Shown here: piece after piece, positions 9,639 to 17,825 of the stretch
Layout of the letters: every line of letters starts with the position of its first letter
Position numbering within the stretch: position 1 is the first letter of the stretch
DNA from: Thermoplasmatota archaeon
Lineage (GTDB): Archaea; Thermoplasmatota; JAKEGO01
Direction: 5' to 3'
DNA length: 64,000 nt
NCBI GenBank assembly: GCA_028279595.1
Contig: JANQNK010000020.1
Coordinates: 256,001-320,000 of the forward strand
Made by a program: the position numbers and the translations under genes
The notes under the pieces: generated by a model
Told to the model about the DNA's origin: nothing
Databases searched by the model: none
Seen by the model: only the letters and a program-made list of their open reading frames with translations

Positions 9639-11642
9639 TTGGCGCGCGAGACCTACCGGATAGCCCTCTCGGGAAACCCGAACGTCGGCAAGACCACCGT
9701 TTTCAATGCTATCACCGGAGCCAGACAGCACGTCGGCAACTGGCCGGGCGTGACCGTCGAACACATGGTCGGGAAGAAGCGGTTCCGGGGAGTCGACCTC
9801 GAGGTCGTGGACCTGCCAGGAACCTACAGCCTCACCGCATATTCCGCGGACGAGGTCGTCACCAGGGATTTCATCATCGACGAGAGACCGGACGTCGTCG
9901 TCCAGGTCGTCGACGCATCCAACATGGAACGGAACCTGTATCTCACGACCCAGCTTATGGAACTTGGGACAAGGGTCGTCATCGCCCTCAACATGGTCGA
10001 CATCGCCGACGCGAGGGGCGACACCATCGACACTGGACGGATGGAGGAGTTCCTGGAGATACCTGTCGTCAAGACCGTCGGCAGCAAGGGAGAGGGCATC
10101 GATGAGCTTCTGAACGTGATCATCGACGAGGCGCGGCTCGGTCCGCACCACGAGCACGAGATCGGTTACGGCGAGGAGCTGGAGGAGACAATCGCCCACC
10201 TAGTAAGGATAGTAGCGCGGGACCGGAAGATAAAGGACCGCTACCCCCTGAGATGGGTTGCCGTCAAGCTCCTTGAGGGTGACGAGAACGTACTCTCCAA
10301 GCTCAAGGGAAGTCCGGTCGAGAGGCAGGTACGACGATTCCTGAAGAAGGTCGACCAGGTCGAGATCGAGGCAGTCATGGCCGACAAACGTTACGAGGCC
10401 ATAAATGCAGTGCTGCCCCAGGTATGCACACGATGCGTCATCAGGATGTCCCCCTCGGACATGATAGACCGCGTCCTCACCAACAAGTACCTCGGGATCC
10501 CGATATTCCTCGCCCTGATGTGGGGGGCGTTCGAGCTCACGTTCACCGTTGCGGCACCGTTCATGTCGATGATAGACATCGGACTCGGCCACCTGGCTTC
10601 GGCGATCCATGCCAATGTTGCGCATGAAGGTTTGGCGTCCCTTTTGGCGGACGGGATCCTCGGCGGGGTCGGCTTCGTACTGATCTTCATGCCGAACATC
10701 TTCATCCTGTTCCTACTCCTCGCGATCCTCGAGGACAGCGGCTACATGTCCCGCGCTGCGTTCATCATGGACCGCCTGATGTACAAGCTCGGCCTTCACG
10801 GCAAGTCGTTCATCCCGATGCTCATGGGATTCGGCTGCAACGTCCCGGCGATAATGGCCACGAGGAGCATCGAGGACAGGAAGGACAGACTGATCACGAT
10901 ACTCGTCAACCCTTTCATGGCCTGCGGCGCCCGACTGCCCGTCTTCGTCCTCTTTGCAGGTGCCTTCTTCGGCCGTACCGCTGGTGCCGTGATCTTCTCG
11001 TTATACGTCCTCGGGATCGTCGTCGCCATCGTGACCGCGAAGCTCCTCAGGACGACGGTCCTCAAGGGGAGACCGGCTCCATTCATCATGGAACTGCCGC
11101 CATACCGACTACCTACGGTCCGGACCAGCGTCCTGCATATGTGGGACCATGGAAGGATGTACCTGAAGAAGGCAGGGACCATCATCCTTCTCGGGGCGAT
11201 CATCATGTGGTTCCTGGCCAGCTATCCGGCTGGTGTGAGCTACGGGAGCGGAAGTTCCTACGCGGGGATGATAGGACGCACAGTAGCGCCGTTCTTCGCT
11301 CCGATCGGCCTCGATTGGAGGATCGCGGTAGCCCTTCTCTTCGGATTCTTCGCAAAGGAGTTCGTCGTCGGGTCCCTTGGGGTTCTGTACGGGGTCGGCG
11401 ATACCGATTCAGGGGCCATCACGGACGCACTCAGGTCCGAGAGCGGCATCGAACCGGTCCACGCCTACGGGGCGATGGCATTCACCTTGCTGTACCTGCC
11501 ATGCCTTGCCACGGTCAGTGTCATCAGGAAGGAGACAGGGTCCTGGAGATGGACGATGTTCTCCGTACTATACGGTGTGGCCATAGCGTGGACGATCGCA
11601 TTCGCCATCGTGCGGATAGGCGTAATGTTGGGGTACGGGTGA
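9639..11642 (+). CDS. feoB: Ferrous iron transport protein B
   Basis: GNPNVGKTT, VGNWPGVTVE, DLPGTYSL, LEDSGYMSRAAF, GFGCNVPA, FIMELPPY, LYLPCLAT. Confidence 0.98.
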   Translation: MARETYRIALSGNPNVGKTTVFNAITGARQHVGNWPGVTVEHMVGKKRFRGVDLEVVDLPGTYSLTAYSADEVVTRDFIIDERPDVVVQVVDASNMERNLYLTTQLMELGTRVVIALNMVDIADARGDTIDTGRMEEFLEIPVVKTVGSKGEGIDELLNVIIDEARLGPHHEHEIGYGEELEETIAHLVRIVARDRKIKDRYPLRWVAVKLLEGDENVLSKLKGSPVERQVRRFLKKVDQVEIEAVMADKRYEAINAVLPQVCTRCVIRMSPSDMIDRVLTNKYLGIPIFLALMWGAFELTFTVAAPFMSMIDIGLGHLASAIHANVAHEGLASLLADGILGGVGFVLIFMPNIFILFLLLAILEDSGYMSRAAFIMDRLMYKLGLHGKSFIPMLMGFGCNVPAIMATRSIEDRKDRLITILVNPFMACGARLPVFVLFAGAFFGRTAGAVIFSLYVLGIVVAIVTAKLLRTTVLKGRPAPFIMELPPYRLPTVRTSVLHMWDHGRMYLKKAGTIILLGAIIMWFLASYPAGVSYGSGSSYAGMIGRTVAPFFAPIGLDWRIAVALLFGFFAKEFVVGSLGVLYGVGDTDSGAITDALRSESGIEPVHAYGAMAFTLLYLPCLATVSVIRKETGSWRWTMFSVLYGVAIAWTIAFAIVRIGVMLGYG

Positions 11643-11646
11643 TAGA

Positions 11647-12096
11647 TTGCCTGGAAGGAGAGGTCCGAGGATAGCATTCGGGGCCATTGCCGGCGCCCTC
11701 TACCTCCTGTTCGGTCTCATGGAGGCGACCGCAGCTGCAGGGATCGTACTCCCAGAAATCCTTTTCGTTGGAGGCGACCCCATGGGCGCCTTCGTGCTGG
11801 TGATCGTCGGAGCGACCTTCCTATGGGGTTCATGGGAGATCCACCAGGGAATGGATGAAGGGATTGCATATATATACGTCGGAATAGTCCTCGCTCTAGC
11901 ATTCGCAATGATCTACGCTCTCGTGATGGGCGCGAACGCCGTCGAGGCAGGGCCGATCGGGAACGAGGACCTCTCGGACTGGGAGGCGTCCGATGACCTA
12001 AGACCGGGCCTGTACCTCGCCGTACTGCCGCTCATCGGGGTGATCGCGTGGAGGGACAGGTTCCGCCTGTCTGGACTGACGAAGGCGGGAAAATGA
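11647..12096 (+). CDS. Hypothetical 4-TM membrane protein in feo operon
   Basis: Four hydrophobic segments; lies between feoB and the FeoC-like gene with gaps of a few bp; TTG start after GGTGA. Confidence 0.7.
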   Translation: MPGRRGPRIAFGAIAGALYLLFGLMEATAAAGIVLPEILFVGGDPMGAFVLVIVGATFLWGSWEIHQGMDEGIAYIYVGIVLALAFAMIYALVMGANAVEAGPIGNEDLSDWEASDDLRPGLYLAVLPLIGVIAWRDRFRLSGLTKAGK

Positions 12097-12106
12097 CGAT
12101 ACGGAG

Positions 12107-12394
12107 ATGATGGAAATGATCAAGGATACGTTGAAAGCAATGGCCGGCGGAGTCGGTTCCGTGACCGGTATGGCGAAGGAGCTCGGTATCTCCAAGGAGG
12201 ATACCGAGTCAAGGATAGACGAGCTTCTGAAGATGGGCTACATCGAGCAGCTCCCCGAGCACATCTTCAAGCCCCAGTCGGGCGGCTGCATGGGATGCGG
12301 CCTCAACACCGCCTGTGCCGAGGGCGAGGGACCGGCGACCACCGAGAAGACCTACATGCTGACCGACAAGGGCATAAAGGTCGCCTTCGAGTGA
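12107..12394 (+). CDS. FeoC-like winged-helix protein with Cys cluster
   Basis: HTH (MAKELGISKED...LLKMGYIE) plus CMGCGLNTAC; last gene of the feo cluster. Confidence 0.75.
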   Translation: MMEMIKDTLKAMAGGVGSVTGMAKELGISKEDTESRIDELLKMGYIEQLPEHIFKPQSGGCMGCGLNTACAEGEGPATTEKTYMLTDKGIKVAFE

Positions 12395-12436
12395 ACCTGA
12401 GAAAATAGTTATACCTGTAGAGTCTGTCGGTGGAAC

Positions 12437-13006
12437 ATGGACAGGGACTACGTCACCGTCGTGTCAGGTCTTCCGAGGTCCGGCACGTCGATGCTCATGA
12501 AGATGCTCGACGAGGGCGGTATCCCACCGCTCACGGACGAGATCAGGACCGCCGACGAGGACAATCCGAAGGGGTACTACGAGTTCGAGAGGGTGAAGAA
12601 GCTTCCCGACGACACCGAGTGGGTCCCCGAAGCGGTCGGAAGGGCCGTCAAGGTCCTCGCCGAACTCGTGACGCAGTTGCCTCCCGGCCACGAGTACAGG
12701 ATAGTGTTCATACACAGGAACATCGACGAGATCCTCGCGTCGCAGAAGAAGATGATCATCCGGCGCGGTGAGGACCCCGATGCGGTCCCTGATTCAGAAC
12801 TGAGGATGCTCTTCCAGACCTATCTCAAGATATTGAAGAGCTGGATCGATGGGCAGGACAACGTCGACGTCGTCTACGTCCACTACAACGAGATCCTGGA
12901 GGACCCGAGCGGCGCCATCGAGGCGATGGACGGGTTCCTTGGCGGACTCGACACGGAAGCGATGGCTGCAGCCATCGATGATAGGTTGTATCGCAACAGG
13001 GCTTGA
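12437..13006 (+). CDS. Sulfotransferase family protein
   Basis: 5'-PSB loop SGLPRSGTSMLM; NPKGYYE; R..EILASQ (3'-PB-like); VHYNEILEDP. Confidence 0.9.
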   Translation: MDRDYVTVVSGLPRSGTSMLMKMLDEGGIPPLTDEIRTADEDNPKGYYEFERVKKLPDDTEWVPEAVGRAVKVLAELVTQLPPGHEYRIVFIHRNIDEILASQKKMIIRRGEDPDAVPDSELRMLFQTYLKILKSWIDGQDNVDVVYVHYNEILEDPSGAIEAMDGFLGGLDTEAMAAAIDDRLYRNRA

Positions 13007-13024
13007 GCCATCGGCTCATACAAT

Positions 13025-13546
13025 TCAATAATCGTACCTAACGGCCACGCCGTCCTCTATCTCCAGACCGTCAGCGTCGACACGGGTTATCCTGTGTCTC
13101 GCACCCACGTACTTGACCATCTCGATCCCGGCCTCGTCCAGCAGTTCCTTCGACAGATCGTCAGGATAACCTTCCATGTAGACGATCCTCTCGATCCCGC
13201 CGTTGATGAGGAGCTTCGAGCAGATGACGCACGGGTGAAGTGTCGTGTAGACCGTCGCTCCCGCGATAGGTGTACCGAACACTGCTGCTTGCACGATAGC
13301 ATTCTGTTCCGCGTGAACCCCGCGGCAGAGCTCGTGCCTCTCGCCGGCCGCTATCCCCAGCTGTTCCCTCATGCATCCGATGTCTAGGCAGTGCCTGAGC
13401 CCTTTGGGAGCACCATTGTATCCTGTGGCGATGATGTGCTTGTTCTTCACGAAGACGGCGCCGACCGCCCTTCGGGTGCAGGTGGTCCTCATCGCTACGA
13501 TCTCGGTGATCGCCATGAAGTATTCGTCTGTGTCGAGCCTCTTCAA
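13025..13546 (-). CDS. dCMP deaminase (cytidine/deoxycytidylate deaminase family)
   Basis: [21 protein letters not shown] zinc motifs. Confidence 0.93.
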   Translation of the reverse strand: MKRLDTDEYFMAITEIVAMRTTCTRRAVGAVFVKNKHIIATGYNGAPKGLRHCLDIGCMREQLGIAAGERHELCRGVHAEQNAIVQAAVFGTPIAGATVYTTLHPCVICSKLLINGGIERIVYMEGYPDDLSKELLDEAGIEMVKYVGARHRITRVDADGLEIEDGVAVRYDY

Positions 13547-14421
13547 TCGGGTCCTCTCCTCATCCTCTCCATCGTTTCCACGAACGTGACATACTCATCG
13601 AGCATTATGTCGAGGTCCCTCGACAGTATCGCCATGTCGTCGCCGAGCTTGTCTATACCGTTCTCGGAGACGGCGGCCTTGAACCTCTCCCTGACGCTCT
13701 TCAGGTCGGCAAGTGCCTCGTCGACGCTACCGGGTGGCCTCATGGCCCCGATCGATTCCCTCGCCTTCTCGACGAAACCGGTCGCCAGTGAGGGTGGTAT
13801 CTTCAGCGCATCCCTGATGTCCCTCGGGGGCTGCATGGCAAGAGTGCCGATGTTCTCGATCCCCCAGCGCCTCAGCTTCCGTGAGTACTTCGGTCCGATG
13901 CCCAGAAGGTACCTTGGAGAGGCCTGTATGACATCGAGCATGGAGTCGGGGTCGAACTCCCTGTTGAACATCGCCCTCACTTCGGGCGGGACCCGTGAGG
14001 CGGCCGCGATGTACTCGGCGGCGTCGATCCATCGGCGGATCTCGACCCTGTACTCCTCCGGGTCCAGTGCGGCGAGCATCGATAACGTCGTAACGCCGCT
14101 GTCCCAGAGGTCCCTTATGGCCTTCTGGTCGGCCTCGCTGATGAGTCCGATGTTGGCCGCGAGGGCGTCGCCTGGTTCGAGGGATTCGTCAAGGAAGTCC
14201 CTGATGAACGTGTCGTAGGCCTCGCGGGCCATCTTGCGAAGGGCGTTGATGTCCTTGGGCACGTTCCTGCCCGGTTCGACGCGGAGCATGTCCACAAGTC
14301 GCTCCACTCCCGCGTCGGTAAGTCGCTCCAGCGACCCCTCGGAGACAGCCATCGCCGAGACTGGGATGTTAAGGTCCTTCCATGGATTGCCCGTCGGCTC
14401 TATCTGCCCCTTCGCGCTCAT
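13543..14421 (-). CDS. Hypothetical protein with repeated helix-hairpin-helix (DUF4332/HhH-like) modules
   Basis: Three similar units: [58 protein letters not shown] overlap with the deaminase gene. Confidence 0.65.
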   Translation of the reverse strand: MSAKGQIEPTGNPWKDLNIPVSAMAVSEGSLERLTDAGVERLVDMLRVEPGRNVPKDINALRKMAREAYDTFIRDFLDESLEPGDALAANIGLISEADQKAIRDLWDSGVTTLSMLAALDPEEYRVEIRRWIDAAEYIAAASRVPPEVRAMFNREFDPDSMLDVIQASPRYLLGIGPKYSRKLRRWGIENIGTLAMQPPRDIRDALKIPPSLATGFVEKARESIGAMRPPGSVDEALADLKSVRERFKAAVSENGIDKLGDDMAILSRDLDIMLDEYVTFVETMERMRRGPD

Positions 14422-14504
14422 CAGCCTCTGCCCATACAATGGGTCCCAGCCATAAATACCTTATCTGGAACCGTCTGGGTACATTCTTCACGAGTGGGTG
14501 GTGT

Positions 14505-15119
14505 TCAGGCGGACGTCCTCTCCGGCGCACCGATCGGTACCCCGCCAGGTGTCCTCGCAAGGTAGAGGTACGGAAGCGAAAGCACAGGAAGCACCATCGC
14601 TGTCGAGATAAGATGTCCGATCGTGAATGGCAGTGCCATCGTGTAGCAGAGGATGAATCCCTCGAGGCTGTGTGCGTAGAACGGCCCGAGCCAGACGCCG
14701 AAATTCGTCCAGGCGTCGAAGACAAGGACCCCTGCGATCCCCGAGCCCGTCAGCATCGTCAGGCCCCTTGGAGAGAAGTCAGCGGTCTTGCCGAGATAGC
14801 TCGAGAGCAGTCCGACCATCGCGAAGCCCGACCAGGTGAACACCGCGATCTCCAGGATGAAGACCGCACCACCGCCTATCAGCACCGTGTCGATGTAGAG
14901 GTCGCTGAAGGCCATCGCAAGGACCGGTACCGCGATCCCGTAGTTCCTTCCGAGAAGCGATCCCGCAAGGACCGAAACGGCTCCGATGGATATCCACAGG
15001 TCGAAAGCCACCAGCTCGTTGCCCGGGGGCATCAGTCCCCTGAAGGCCAATCGTCCAGCCACACCGATGCAGACCAGCGAGGCCGCCATCATAAGTCTCA
15101 GTTTCCTTCCATCATCCAT
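14505..15119 (-). CDS. DUF6580-like / ECF S-component-like membrane protein
   Basis: About 6 TMs; PVLAMAFSD and F..WTNFGVW...Y....EGFILCYTMALPF patterns. Start MDDGRK overlaps the upstream stop. Confidence 0.75.
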   Translation of the reverse strand: MDDGRKLRLMMAASLVCIGVAGRLAFRGLMPPGNELVAFDLWISIGAVSVLAGSLLGRNYGIAVPVLAMAFSDLYIDTVLIGGGAVFILEIAVFTWSGFAMVGLLSSYLGKTADFSPRGLTMLTGSGIAGVLVFDAWTNFGVWLGPFYAHSLEGFILCYTMALPFTIGHLISTAMVLPVLSLPYLYLARTPGGVPIGAPERTSA

Positions 15120-15540
15120 AGCCCTCGAACCTCCATTCAACGTGATCTCCGTCCTCGAGGCGGTATCTGTCGGCGCCGACCATGCCGGCATCGCCGTTCA
15201 CGTAGTAGATCCAGTACTTCCCGTCGTCGCCGCCGGTCCTGTGGCCGATCCTGTCCACCAGGATCGAGTCGAAGCTCGCCCAGTAGGTGGTCTCGACCGT
15301 AATGTTCGCTACCCTGGGCCGGGCAACGTCCAGAAGGGCGCCGAAGACGGTCGCGTTCACGGTCTCGATATCGTAGGTGTCCTCCGTCCCGTCGCCGAAA
15401 TCGAAGGTCACCGTCACGCCGATCGGCTCGTCCACGACGTAGTCCCCATCGTCTCCGCTCATCCAAAGGCCGAACATGGCCCCGACTCCCAATGAGACGA
15501 AAACGACGGCTGTCAGCACTACTGTGAACACCTGATTCAT
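15112..15540 (-). CDS. DUF4430 (transcobalamin C-terminal-like beta-grasp) membrane-anchored protein
   Basis: N-terminal TM; TVFGAL; YWIYYVNG...VGADRYRLEDGDHVEWRF. Confidence 0.88.
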   Translation of the reverse strand: MNQVFTVVLTAVVFVSLGVGAMFGLWMSGDDGDYVVDEPIGVTVTFDFGDGTEDTYDIETVNATVFGALLDVARPRVANITVETTYWASFDSILVDRIGHRTGGDDGKYWIYYVNGDAGMVGADRYRLEDGDHVEWRFEGYG

Positions 15541-15614
15541 ACTAACCCCTGGAGCGGTCTCCCACCCATCGTTGACTGTTTATTTAAGATTTATCGAGGA
15601 ACGGTCCCGGCTCA

Positions 15615-16325
15615 CTATCTCGTCCTTCGCCGCCACCCTATGGTCGCGATCCCGACGACGGCGAGCATTGTCACGGCGATGATGAACCCGAACTCGGGTA
15701 TCACAGTCCCCGTGGTCTCGGCGGCAGTGCTGTTGGTCACGTAATGGTCGTTGGCATAGAACCTGTAGGTGTGCGTGCCGCCCCCTAGCTTGGTCTCGTA
15801 GTAGAACTCCGCACCGTTGGTGTAGTTCGTGTCCATGCCGTCCACCTGCATCATCGTGTGGTTCGTTCCGTCGATGTTGACGTAGACGAACATGGGCGTG
15901 TTATTGTTCTCATCGATGTAATCGACGGTGAAGTTGAACATCGTAGTCCTGTCCCCCGATGACGGGTCCATCGTCCCGTTCTCGAGCTCGGGGGGCGCAT
16001 TGACATTGACGGTCCCGGTCATGCTGGGGTGATACTCGCAGTAGTAGGACCAGTTGGCTGCCGAATTGAAGACTATGGAACCGGTTCCCCCGGATCCACT
16101 GATGTCACCCGTATCCCAGGCATCGTCGTCCTCTGTGGCCGTGTGGGTCGCCGAGTCGTTGTTTTCCCACGTGATCGTGTCCCCTACCTCGATCGTGATA
16201 TCCTCCGGCTTGAACTCGAATCCCTCGATCTCGACCCAGTGGGTCTTCGCCGAAACACCAGGCAGGACCAGCAGGGAAAAGCCCAGGATAAGCAGTACCG
16301 CTATCAACAATTTTCGTGATACCAT
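15615..16325 (-). CDS. Cupredoxin (plastocyanin/azurin-like) with PEF-CTERM sorting signal
   Basis: FKPEDITIEVGDTITWEN..HTAT..YYCEYHPSMTGTV type-1 Cu ligands; C-terminal IPEF + TM + RRRTR; AGGTGA SD before ATG 16325. Confidence 0.9.
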   Translation of the reverse strand: MVSRKLLIAVLLILGFSLLVLPGVSAKTHWVEIEGFEFKPEDITIEVGDTITWENNDSATHTATEDDDAWDTGDISGSGGTGSIVFNSAANWSYYCEYHPSMTGTVNVNAPPELENGTMDPSSGDRTTMFNFTVDYIDENNNTPMFVYVNIDGTNHTMMQVDGMDTNYTNGAEFYYETKLGGGTHTYRFYANDHYVTNSTAAETTGTVIPEFGFIIAVTMLAVVGIATIGWRRRTR

Positions 16326-16384
16326 TCCTATCACCTGTGACGGAAGCACGGCTGGAATGTATATCTTCATCCCCTAAATCGCGA

Positions 16385-17623
16385 TCATTCGATCATCGCA
16401 CGCGCGCCGCAATGCGGACACTGTATGACCGCCGGTCTCTCCCGGACCCTGACGATCAGCTTCCTCTCGCACTTGTAGCAGCGGATCAGGAACTCCTCCT
16501 GCTTCGGTCCGCCCACGGGTGCCTGCGAGAACTGTGCCTGTCCGGAGTCCTTTCCGCCTGTCACGGCTGCGCCACCTGCAGGCGCACCTCCAGGCGCGGT
16601 CCCACCGCCGCCGGCTGCTGCCGGTGCGCCTCCCCCAGCGGGTGCTCCTCCGGCCTCGCCTCCGATGGGCGCGGACGTGGTCGGTCCGCCTCCGCCCATT
16701 CCGCCGGTCTGGGCTACCCGGCCTCCCGATCCCGCTACGGGTGACGGGAGGGCGGATCCGTCGTAGGCCGCCTGTATGAGCTCCTTCGGCGGAGCCCTCT
16801 TGAAGACGTCGATGTGCTTCTTGACTATTGGATCGACGATGAACTGCTTGATCGCCAATGCCTCGTCGAGCTCGTCGAGGACCGCGTGATGATATCCAAT
16901 GAGCAACGCTTTGTCCTGCGCAAAGGACCTGAGGATCATCTTGGTCTTACCGCCCTCGCCCATGAGCTCGATGTAGGTCGCGAACTTCTCGGCGACGCTC
17001 TCGCAGTAGAAGCGGACCTTCCCGCGCAGTCCCATGGAGCTCCTCGCGATGGAGGGTTCGAGCATGAATATGTTAACACCCTTGAGGGTGTTGCCGATGA
17101 CATCGACGATCCTGTCGGCGGGGAGCGGGAGTGCTATCCTCTCCGCAGTGTTGATGAGTCCCTTTGCGACCTCCATCCATTCCGATGTGTCGATGGGCCT
17201 CGGGTAGACTATCGGAGCCTCGATCGAGAAGGATACCGGTAGGACCTCCTCCTCCCTCATGTGGTCGGTCTTGGGGTTGAGGAACTGAAGTTGGGATGAT
17301 AACGATACCTCTCCACATACATGGGCGGGCCTGAACTCGAGCTTGACGACCTCCGGCTTTCCCGGGAGCAGACGGGGTATCTTCGTCTGCGTCGTCATAG
17401 GAAGTAGTGACTGCGGGTGCCTGACCGAGATGAGGATGTCGTAGATCGGCCTCTTGACCGTGTTGACGAGCATGAGCATGTAGATGACGTTCGCACCCTC
17501 GAACCTGATTGTACTCTTCGTCTTGATCAGCTCCGAGCCTCCGCTCGTGAGGTCTCCAAAATCGGTCGGGTCTGCGATGTAGTCCTCGACGGTCTTGATT
17601 CCACCCTTCTCGTCACGAACCAT
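16385..17623 (-). CDS. Hypothetical protein: putative adaptin/coatomer appendage-like sandwich+platform domain, Gly/Ala/Pro linker, C-terminal zinc ribbon
   Basis: Long ORF with its own TATA box (~17688-17697); CYKC...CPHC. The appendage resemblance is by eye only (see findings). Confidence 0.6.
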   Translation of the reverse strand: MVRDEKGGIKTVEDYIADPTDFGDLTSGGSELIKTKSTIRFEGANVIYMLMLVNTVKRPIYDILISVRHPQSLLPMTTQTKIPRLLPGKPEVVKLEFRPAHVCGEVSLSSQLQFLNPKTDHMREEEVLPVSFSIEAPIVYPRPIDTSEWMEVAKGLINTAERIALPLPADRIVDVIGNTLKGVNIFMLEPSIARSSMGLRGKVRFYCESVAEKFATYIELMGEGGKTKMILRSFAQDKALLIGYHHAVLDELDEALAIKQFIVDPIVKKHIDVFKRAPPKELIQAAYDGSALPSPVAGSGGRVAQTGGMGGGGPTTSAPIGGEAGGAPAGGGAPAAAGGGGTAPGGAPAGGAAVTGGKDSGQAQFSQAPVGGPKQEEFLIRCYKCERKLIVRVRERPAVIQCPHCGARAMIE

Positions 17624-17825
17624 GCTGCGTCGATCCTCCGCCGGGGAACCGCCCCCGATACGTTACCGTATCCCTGAATATATCTAGGTTTATATAAATC
17701 CTTACCGCCCTCTCTCACCAACGACGGGGCTTATTTCACCATCGCGGGCCCTCGTTGCTGTTGTCATCGTGCAAAACAGGGCTGATTTTCCCGTTTAGTC
17801 CGGGGGTCTGGCCACCCGAACTTCT

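Noticed and set aside
13025-13546. Antiviral dCTP deaminase defence gene
   Set aside because: Lacks the fused kinase-like domain; looks like a housekeeping dCMP deaminase with host-like GC.
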